A stretch of 11,064 nucleotides of DNA from Candidatus Firestoneibacteriota bacterium (lineage in GTDB: Bacteria > Oederibacteriota > D2-FULL-39-29 > JBBTED01), in NCBI GenBank assembly GCA_038042445.1, contig JBBTED010000083.1, positions 1-11,064 of the forward strand, in the 5' to 3' direction. The notes beneath the pieces were generated by a model. The model was not told the origin of the DNA and did no database searches. It was given only the letters and a program-made list of their open reading frames with translations. This document shows, piece by piece, positions 1-6,910 of this stretch. Position 1 is the first letter of the stretch. The number at the start of each line of letters is the position of its first letter. The position numbers and the translations under genes were made by a program.

Positions 1-291
1 ATTAACCATTGGACATCTGAATATACTAATTCTATTGCAATATCTGCTATAACTGGTGAAGGGGTAAACTTACTTTTTGAAAAAATAACTGATTTTTTGA
101 GCAGAAGCATGGAAAAAATCAAAATCAATATTCCATATTCAATGATTAATCTGCGCGAAATAATTTATAAACAGGGAAATGTATTGTCTGAAAAATTTAC
201 AAGCAAACAAATAGTAATTAAAGCAGAAGTTACAAAAAAACTTGCAAGCATTGTAAAAAAAAGGATTAAAGATAATGATAGACATATATAA
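1..291 (+). CDS. hflX: GTPase HflX, C-terminal part (5' truncated by window)
   Basis: Frame +1 is open from base 1: INHWTSEYTNSIAISAITGEGVNLLFEKITDFLSRSMEKIKINIPYS...KQGNVLSEKF...IVIKAEV. ISAxTGEG is the GTPase G5 motif, and the following IPY...G.VL.E.F segment matches the HflX C-terminal domain. The ORF-track start at 97 is internal. Confidence 0.85.
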   Translation: MNHWTSEYTNSIAISAITGEGVNLLFEKITDFLSRSMEKIKINIPYSMINLREIIYKQGNVLSEKFTSKQIVIKAEVTKKLASIVKKRIKDNDRHI

Positions 292-1168
292 ATTTGATGT
301 AGATAAACTCAAAAAAATACTTTTAAGTATGAACATAGAATTAGAGCATATCCATTTAATAGAAAAAGAAGACAAATGGGAATCTGGAATTCATGTTCAT
401 AAGACATACGAATTTTGTTTTGTAGTGGAGGGAAAAGGAAGTTATTATTTAGAAGACAAAAAGTTTAATATGGAATCAGGGGATCTTTTTATTGTTAAAC
501 CTTATGAAGAACATTATGAGATTGGTGATTTATCTGATCCCCTTGAGTTATTTATTGTAACGATAAAAAATCAAAAAGAAAACAAAATAAATGCAATAGA
601 TGAAATTTTTAAATTTCCAACAAAGGTGCATATTATTCCAGAAAGAAAAATATGCGATATCTTTCAAGATATACTTGATGAAGCTGTTCTAAATAAAACA
701 GGTTATATGCTAAAAATAAACTCATGTTTGATTAATTTGCTAATTGAGATATATAGATTTTTACATATAAGGGATAAAGTTTTTTATTCTGTTAAGAGAG
801 TGAATGAAATTTATAAAAAGAATATCACAAAGCAAATGTGTAAATACATTGAAAATAATTATAAAAAACAACTTAGTGATATAAAATTATCAAATAAATT
901 CCATTTATCATCACAATATATTTCATCATTGTTCAGAAAACAAATTGGCTCTTCACCGATAGAATATTTAACAAAAATTAAAATAGAAATTGCAAAAAAT
1001 CTGCTTAAAAATTTTAAAAAGAAAATTTCATCTATTGCATCAGAGATAGGTTATAATAATACATATTATTTTTACAGGGTATTTAAAAAAAATACAGGTG
1101 TAACGCCATCTCAATATCGTGAAAAACTTATTTCAATCACCGGAAAAAATTACCTGCAGAACAAATAA
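275..1168 (+). CDS. AraC-family transcriptional regulator with N-terminal cupin ligand-binding domain
   Basis: N-terminal HVHKTYEFCFVVEGKG...GDLFIVKPYEEH cupin motif. C-terminal double HTH: SSQYISSLFRKQIG...ISSIASEIGYNNTYYFYRVFKKNTGVTPSQYR. Overlaps the hflX end by 17 nt. Confidence 0.95.
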   Translation: MIDIYKFDVDKLKKILLSMNIELEHIHLIEKEDKWESGIHVHKTYEFCFVVEGKGSYYLEDKKFNMESGDLFIVKPYEEHYEIGDLSDPLELFIVTIKNQKENKINAIDEIFKFPTKVHIIPERKICDIFQDILDEAVLNKTGYMLKINSCLINLLIEIYRFLHIRDKVFYSVKRVNEIYKKNITKQMCKYIENNYKKQLSDIKLSNKFHLSSQYISSLFRKQIGSSPIEYLTKIKIEIAKNLLKNFKKKISSIASEIGYNNTYYFYRVFKKNTGVTPSQYREKLISITGKNYLQNK

Positions 1169-1204
1169 ATTCTGAAAAATACTTCTCAATTATTTCTTAT
1201 TTTA

Positions 1205-1243
1205 AAATCCACCTCTTTCCCCCTTTGACAAAGGGGGATTTAT
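1205..1243. repeat. GC-rich palindrome (REP-like), possible intrinsic terminator for hflX-araC
   Basis: TCCCCCTTTG-A-CAAAGGGGGA (1218-1238) is a perfect 10-bp inverted repeat followed by TTTATT. AAATCC (1205-1210) is also complementary to GGATTT (1236-1241). Confidence 0.6.
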
Positions 1244-1325
1244 TGCGAGCAAGTTGAAATTATCTTGCAAAACTATGTCCAAATTAACAGTTTCAAAAAG
1301 TATATACAAAAGCGAAAAGCGTGCA

Positions 1326-1354
1326 TTGACAAAATACAGATTGTTAATCATAAT
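1326..1354 (+). promoter_or_regulatory. sigma70-type promoter for the downstream operon
   Basis: TTGACA (1326-1331), 17-nt spacer, CATAAT (1349-1354), about 70 nt upstream of the ATG at 1425. Confidence 0.75.
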
Positions 1355-1424
1355 CTATAAATAAAGGGTATTTTGCAGAGCAATGATTTTTAAGATAAAA
1401 GCGGTAAAAAAAAAGGGGGTTTTT

Positions 1425-3830
1425 ATGGAAGTAACAGGAAAGTGCTATAGACTAAAGTTAAATGTAAAAACCAGTGAATGTATTATAGATGATTCTAAAG
1501 GTAATGTATTTTTTAAAACAAAAAGTTTAACTATGTTTTTGCCTCGTCTAAAAAATGAACCAAAAAAGTTTATAGTTAAAGGTACTCCTCAATTAAAAAT
1601 TACTGATGTCCAAAACTGCAAAAAAATTGCAATTGAATTTGATACTGAGGGTTGTTTTTCTAAAATCAGGTTGTTTTTTAACTGTTATTCTACACATTTA
1701 GAGATCTATTCTGAAGTTGTTTTAAATGGTGCAAATAATGTTACTGGGTGGGATATATTTAGTGCCAATAAGAATACACAGATATTAGGTGATTATATTT
1801 CTGGCTTATGTACTGGATCCTGGGTACCTCCTATACTAACTGTTAAAAGTATATTTAAAACCGAAGAAATAAAAAAAGGATTAGAAATAGAATTGGGTAT
1901 AGGTCAAAAAATCGAAATTGACAAGGAAGGCAAAACAATCATTGATGCTCCATATGAAGTATATGCACCCTCACCTATTGCTTATGTTTTTACTAAAGGC
2001 AGAAATAATCAATTTTTTATGGGTATAGATAATATATACGATGCAGATGCATTCAACTTAAAGATGGCAGATGATAAAATACCATTAGACTGGGTTTTAT
2101 ACGCTGGTGGTGATACTGGCGGAACCATATACTATGAAGATAAGACATTACTTGAATCTCCACATTGGATAATGTTTGGAGAAAAAACAGAGGAAAAACT
2201 TGATTGTTATAAAAGATGGGCAGATATACTTATATTACAAGGAAGAATTAAACCTAAAGAAAGGAAAAGGCACAGCTGGTGGACAGAACCGGCATTTTGC
2301 ACGTGGGGTGAACAATTTAATAATAATAAGAATAATACAAGCTATATTAAAAGGACTGATGATAAAATAGGATATGATTTTACAAAGATAGGACCAGAAA
2401 TATCAGAAGAAAATATTAAAAGATGGGCTGATATTATAAAACAAAAAAAACTTCCTATTAAAACTATAATTTTTGATGATAGATGGATGACAAGCTGGGG
2501 AGATGCAGAGGCATCTGATCGTTTTTTAAATATGCGAAAATTGATAGATTATCTTCATCAGAAAGGTTTTAAAGTAAGATTATGGTGGCTACCTTTAGGA
2601 GCATTTTCTGATTCAAAAACCTTTCGTGAACATCCTGAGTGGATTTTAAAAGCCAGAGAAGGAGGCGAGAAAATAAGTCTTAGATATAGAGCTAATTTAG
2701 ATTATACAAATCCTGAGGTGCAAGAGCATTTAAGACAACAAGTATACAAATTTCTATCGTCAGATAAAAATTGTTATAATGCAGATGGAATCAAGGTGGA
2801 TTATTTTATATTAGGTCCTCAATCAAGAAGTACAGGTGGATACTTTAATATATCCTGGGGTATAGGTCAGAAATTTCAGACCAATGTAATGAAACTCTTG
2901 TACGAAACCGCGAAGAAAATAAAGCCAGATGCTCTTATTGGCGGACCATCAAACAATCCATTTTTTGACCAGTATCAGGATTATGCACATACATTTGATA
3001 TAGATTCTTCTGATTACAACCAGCATTTGGAAAGAGCAAGAATGCTTTCAGCTACAAATACAGGTAGTATGATTGCTTGTATTAAACATGATTATTGGCG
3101 TAATAAGAATAGGTATCTGAATATGCAGGTTTTAACTGGCTTGCTTAAAGTCTACCATATCCAAAGAATGCATGGTGACGGAATAGTATTAAGTGATGAC
3201 GATTATACTCAATGGCGTGAAATTATGAATGCATATAATTTAATTAAGGATACAAAGCCAAGATTAGACTATCGTGATTTACCAAAAAGAATACTGTGTG
3301 ATACTTATGGAAGAATACATGCTCGTACATTTGATGACGATCAAACGCTTTTGGTATCAACTGGTAAGATAATTAGAATAGTAGCGACTAATCAAGGTTG
3401 TTCTATAAATAGAGAATGGGATGTCCGACTTTCGGAGTATGGATTAAAGGTAAGAGTTTGTTCTGATGATTGGGCATATTATGAATTAACAAATAAAGAA
3501 ATAAAGATTAAAGGGTTTATTTGCCAAAATGGAACTTTGGTAATAAATATTAAAAATGGAGTTTTACCTCATCTTAGTTTTGTATCTAACTCTATGGTTA
3601 TTATCAAGAAAGCCAAATATGATTTAGAAAAGAAAAAAATAGAGATAGAATATGAAGGATTGGAAAACAATATGACAGATATGGTTTTTAAGAATTTAGA
3701 TTTGCTGGGAAAACATATTATATTTAAATTAGATGGGGGAGAAATTAAAACAAGTAAAAGCAGTAAATATTTTAAATTAGAAAAATTGTCAACACTTGGG
3801 GTGCGTATTTTAACAGTTGAAAAGAAATAG
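1425..3830 (+). CDS. Clan GH-D glycoside hydrolase (GH36/GH31-like TIM barrel, putative alpha-glycosidase), no signal peptide
   Basis: Motifs FCTWGEQ, IIFDDRW, RFLNMRKLIDYLHQKGFKVRLWW, LDYTNPEVQEHL and ADGIKVDY (putative nucleophile Asp at 2799-2801). Start placed at ATG 1425 behind AAGGGGG rather than at 1383. Confidence 0.8.
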   Translation: MEVTGKCYRLKLNVKTSECIIDDSKGNVFFKTKSLTMFLPRLKNEPKKFIVKGTPQLKITDVQNCKKIAIEFDTEGCFSKIRLFFNCYSTHLEIYSEVVLNGANNVTGWDIFSANKNTQILGDYISGLCTGSWVPPILTVKSIFKTEEIKKGLEIELGIGQKIEIDKEGKTIIDAPYEVYAPSPIAYVFTKGRNNQFFMGIDNIYDADAFNLKMADDKIPLDWVLYAGGDTGGTIYYEDKTLLESPHWIMFGEKTEEKLDCYKRWADILILQGRIKPKERKRHSWWTEPAFCTWGEQFNNNKNNTSYIKRTDDKIGYDFTKIGPEISEENIKRWADIIKQKKLPIKTIIFDDRWMTSWGDAEASDRFLNMRKLIDYLHQKGFKVRLWWLPLGAFSDSKTFREHPEWILKAREGGEKISLRYRANLDYTNPEVQEHLRQQVYKFLSSDKNCYNADGIKVDYFILGPQSRSTGGYFNISWGIGQKFQTNVMKLLYETAKKIKPDALIGGPSNNPFFDQYQDYAHTFDIDSSDYNQHLERARMLSATNTGSMIACIKHDYWRNKNRYLNMQVLTGLLKVYHIQRMHGDGIVLSDDDYTQWREIMNAYNLIKDTKPRLDYRDLPKRILCDTYGRIHARTFDDDQTLLVSTGKIIRIVATNQGCSINREWDVRLSEYGLKVRVCSDDWAYYELTNKEIKIKGFICQNGTLVINIKNGVLPHLSFVSNSMVIIKKAKYDLEKKKIEIEYEGLENNMTDMVFKNLDLLGKHIIFKLDGGEIKTSKSSKYFKLEKLSTLGVRILTVEKK

Positions 3831-3839
3831 ATAAGTTAA

Positions 3840-3888
3840 GCCGATAAATCGGCAACTACAATGTATTTGTAGTTGCTCATTCATGAGC
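3840..3888. repeat. Inverted pair of GTAG-type REP sequences (REP doublet)
   Basis: The reverse complement of 3840-3859 is GTAGTTGCCGATTTATCGGC, and 3869-3888 is GTAGTTGCTCATTCATGAGC. Each is GTAG + TT + its own short palindrome. Confidence 0.7.
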
Positions 3889-3908
3889 AATTTTTGAAAA
3901 GGAGATTT

Positions 3909-4814
3909 ATGCAGAAGAAAAAAACAAATCAATCTAATGTATCTGTGCCAAATTGGATGGGGAGACATCCATTTTCACCAGAAGAAAAGAAAGTTACAGT
4001 AATTACAAGCGATAAAGAAGTTACAACCATTTATGGAGTTGAGGGGCATCAGGTAAGTTCGCAGATTTATATATCTACAGATAAAGTTAATTTAAGTGAT
4101 TTTGTTATACCAGCAGGAAATTACTTTGATCCGCCAGATATTCATAGTGGTGTAGAATGTTATTATGTTCTTCAAGGTAAAGCAATGATGCTTCATCCTG
4201 AAACAGGAAGGACATATCAAATAGTTAAAGGAGATGCATTTCTTATACCTGTAGGTGTATGGCATCAGGGTTATAATTTTACGAATGAGAATGTGAAAAT
4301 ATTATGTGGTATAGCGCCTAAAATCTGGGGAACTAATGACAAAATGGGTTCAGCAGTAACATATAAAGGTAAGTTTACTTTTTACAAATCAGAGGAAGAT
4401 GAAACAAATTTACCGATTAAATGGCAAAAACCGCATAAAAAAGATTATGGAGAAAAAGAATTAATTCATTTACCACCTTGTGAATGGTTGCATTTTATTC
4501 ATGGGAAAAAGAATCATATATTAGTTTCTTTTTTTGTAAGTAATGATTTAATTCATATGGGTAAAATAGTAATACCAGCAGGAAAAATTTCTGACCCAGA
4601 AGTTCATCAAGGAGATGAAGCAGTTTATCTATTAGAAGGTAAAATGACAGTGCGGATTTATAAAAGCGGAAACAGTGAAGAATCAATTTCGCAAGAGACT
4701 TATCAGATAAATAAAGGGGAAAAGATTTTAATTCCGGAAGGTGTTAAACATCAATATTTGAATTTTGGAACTGAAGGAACAGAATTTATTTTTGTAATAG
4801 CACCAAAATTATGA
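3909..4814 (+). CDS. Bicupin (two tandem cupin domains), putative metal-dependent enzyme
   Basis: Domain 1: IPAGNYFDPPDIHSGVECYYVLQG...GDAFLIPVGVWHQGYN. Domain 2: IPAGKISDPEVHQGDEAVYLLEG...GEKILIPEGVKHQYLN. RBS AAGGAG at 3899-3904 precedes ATG 3909. Confidence 0.85.
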   Translation: MQKKKTNQSNVSVPNWMGRHPFSPEEKKVTVITSDKEVTTIYGVEGHQVSSQIYISTDKVNLSDFVIPAGNYFDPPDIHSGVECYYVLQGKAMMLHPETGRTYQIVKGDAFLIPVGVWHQGYNFTNENVKILCGIAPKIWGTNDKMGSAVTYKGKFTFYKSEEDETNLPIKWQKPHKKDYGEKELIHLPPCEWLHFIHGKKNHILVSFFVSNDLIHMGKIVIPAGKISDPEVHQGDEAVYLLEGKMTVRIYKSGNSEESISQETYQINKGEKILIPEGVKHQYLNFGTEGTEFIFVIAPKL

Positions 4815-4828
4815 AGGGGTGATAAACT

Positions 4829-5821
4829 ATGAATTTAAGTAATGAGAAATTAATAGAGATGTATAGAAAAATGCTTGAGATACGATACTTTGAGGAAAAA
4901 ATTGGTGAATTGTTTGTATTAGGAGCATTAGCGTATGCCAGAGGATTTATACATCTTTATGTAGGAGAAGAAGCAGTAGCAGTTGGTGTATGTGCTGGGC
5001 TTCGAAAAGAAGATTATATAACGAGTACGCATCGAGGGCATGGGCATTGTATTGCAAAAGGAGTCCAGTTAAATAATGTAATGGCGGAGATTTTAGGTAA
5101 ACAAACAGGATGCTGTAAAGGTAAAGGTGGTTCAATGCATATTGCAGATGTAAATGTAGGAGTGCTTGGAACAAGTGGTATTGTAGGTGCAGGTATTCCT
5201 TTAGCTACAGGTGTTGGATTATCAATTAAGCTTAAAGGTAGTGAGCAAGTTTGTGTTTCCTTTTTTGGAGATGCAGCATCAAATACCGGAGCATTTCATG
5301 AAGCGATAAATTTAGCTGCAGTATGGAAATTGCCAGTGGTATTTATTTGTGAAAATAATTTATATGGTATTACTGTTTCAGCAGCAGAATCAACATCAGT
5401 TAAAGATATAGCAGATAGATCTAAAGGCTATGGTATACCCGGTGTAATTGTAGATGGAATGGATGTAATAGCAGTTTATGAAGCTGCAAGCGAAGCTATT
5501 AAACGTGCAAGAGAAGGGTTAGGACCTACTTTAATAGAATGTAAAACGTATAGATATAGAGGTCATAGTGTAATGGAACAATGGGCACAAGCATATAGAA
5601 AGCCTGAAGAAGTTGAGGAGTGGAAACGTAAAGATTGTATTTTAAAGCTTAGAACAAAATTTATCCAGACGAATATTTTGGAAGAAGAAAAGATTTGTGA
5701 TATTGAAAAAGAGGTAAAAAGTAGAGTTGAAGAAGCATCTAATTTTGCTTTGCAAAGTCCATATCCAGAAAATGAAGAAGCAATAAAAGATATATATGCA
5801 GAAGTAGAAATGTCATTCTGA
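4829..5821 (+). CDS. ThDP-dependent dehydrogenase E1 alpha subunit (AcoA/PdhA-like)
   Basis: GFIHLYVGEEA, STHRGHGH, GKGGSMH, ThDP motif GDAA...ENN and ECKTYRYRGHS. RBS AAGGGGTGA overlaps the cupin stop codon. Confidence 0.93.
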   Translation: MNLSNEKLIEMYRKMLEIRYFEEKIGELFVLGALAYARGFIHLYVGEEAVAVGVCAGLRKEDYITSTHRGHGHCIAKGVQLNNVMAEILGKQTGCCKGKGGSMHIADVNVGVLGTSGIVGAGIPLATGVGLSIKLKGSEQVCVSFFGDAASNTGAFHEAINLAAVWKLPVVFICENNLYGITVSAAESTSVKDIADRSKGYGIPGVIVDGMDVIAVYEAASEAIKRAREGLGPTLIECKTYRYRGHSVMEQWAQAYRKPEEVEEWKRKDCILKLRTKFIQTNILEEEKICDIEKEVKSRVEEASNFALQSPYPENEEAIKDIYAEVEMSF

Positions 5822-5874
5822 GCGAAGCGAAGAATCTCAATAAAACGAGATGCTTCATTCCATTCAGCATGACA
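5811..5874. repeat. Imperfect 28-bp inverted repeat (TGTCATTCTGAGCGAAGCGAAGAATCTC-type REP-like element)
   Basis: Arm 1 spans 5811-5838. Arm 2 (5847-5874, GAGATGCTTCATTCCATTCAGCATGACA) matches the reverse complement of arm 1 at 21/28 positions, with an 8-nt loop. Confidence 0.75.
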
Positions 5875-5920
5875 AAATGACGTGTTTACTAAATAATTTA
5901 AAAAAGAGGTGATATCTAAA

Positions 5921-6892
5921 ATGAAAGAGATACTTTATAGAGATGCAATTAATGAAGCATTGCGTGAAGAAATGCAAAGAGATAAAAGTATAATTGTAAT
6001 GGGTGAAGATATAAAATGGAGTATTTGGGCAACTAAAGGATTAGTAGATGAATTTGGAGAAGATAGAGTCCGAAATACTCCTATTTCGGAATTAGGTTTT
6101 GTAGGAGCAGCAGTAGGAGCTGCAATGACAGGAACAAGACCTGTTGTAGAAATAATGTTTGATGATCTTTTGCCAATTTGCTCAGAGCAAATAGTTAATC
6201 AGGCAGCAAGAATGCGGTATATGTTTGGGGGCCAGACAAAAGTTCCATTAGTAATAAGAGTTCCAGGAGGTGCAGGAGTATCAGGTGCAGGACATCATTC
6301 TGAAAGTTTGGAAGCATGGTTTATGCATATTCCGGGATTAAAAGTAGTAATTCCTTCAACACCGTATGATGTAAAAGGTTTATTGAAAACTGCAATAAGG
6401 GATGATAATCCGGTTATTTTTAAAGAACATAAACGGTTATATTCAACAAAAGGTGAAATTCCAGAAGATGATTACAGTATACCTTTTGGACAGGCAGATA
6501 TTAAAAAAGAAGGAAAAGATGTTACAATTATAGCGACTTCCTATATGGTGCTTGAAGCACTTTCAGTAGCTGAAACATTATCTAAGGAAGGAATAAGTGT
6601 AGAAGTAATAGACCCGCGCACTTTAGTGCCATTAGATAAAAAAACTATAATAGATTCAGTTAAAAAAACAGGTAAAGTTGTAATAGTGCATGAAGCATGT
6701 AAACGCTGTGGAATAGGCGCAGAAATAGCAGCAATAATAGCAGAAGAAGCATTTGATTATTTAGATGCGCCAATTAAACGAGTAGCAAGATTGGATGTTC
6801 CAATACCATTTAGCAGACCATTAGAAAATTGTCTTTTGCCCAACAAAGAAGATATAATCAAAGCAGTTAAAGAACTTCTTGCAATACGGTAA
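5921..6892 (+). CDS. ThDP-dependent dehydrogenase E1 beta subunit (AcoB/PdhB-like)
   Basis: MGED, RVRNTPISE (ThDP-activating Glu), HIPGLKVVIPSTPYDVKGLL, DDNPVIF, EVIDPRTLVPLD and DYLDAPIKRV. RBS GAGGTG at 5906-5911 favours ATG 5921 over GTG 5909. Confidence 0.93.
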   Translation: MKEILYRDAINEALREEMQRDKSIIVMGEDIKWSIWATKGLVDEFGEDRVRNTPISELGFVGAAVGAAMTGTRPVVEIMFDDLLPICSEQIVNQAARMRYMFGGQTKVPLVIRVPGGAGVSGAGHHSESLEAWFMHIPGLKVVIPSTPYDVKGLLKTAIRDDNPVIFKEHKRLYSTKGEIPEDDYSIPFGQADIKKEGKDVTIIATSYMVLEALSVAETLSKEGISVEVIDPRTLVPLDKKTIIDSVKKTGKVVIVHEACKRCGIGAEIAAIIAEEAFDYLDAPIKRVARLDVPIPFSRPLENCLLPNKEDIIKAVKELLAIR

Positions 6893-6910
6893 AATGGGAG
6901 GGGATGAAGT

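Noticed and set aside
139..375. 78-aa minus-strand ORF
   Set aside because: Antisense to hflX/araC, with Phe-rich shadow composition and no motif.
1383..1424. Upstream start at 1383 and A9-G5-T5 homopolymer run (1406-1424) as a phase-variation site
   Set aside because: The G-run is best explained as the RBS for ATG 1425, and A9 tracts are common at this AT content.
2176..2370. 64-aa alternative-frame + strand ORF
   Set aside because: Nested within the GH-D gene, with no recognisable motif.
3873..3908. TTG start for the cupin
   Set aside because: It falls inside the REP hairpin, whereas ATG 3909 has a clear AAGGAG RBS.
4495..5174. Minus-strand ORFs 4495-4686 and 4947-5174
   Set aside because: Leu-rich antisense shadows of well-supported genes.
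4829..6892. Assigning the symbols pdhA/pdhB or acoA/acoB
   Set aside because: The family is clear but the substrate is not: motifs deviate and no E2/E3 is adjacent.
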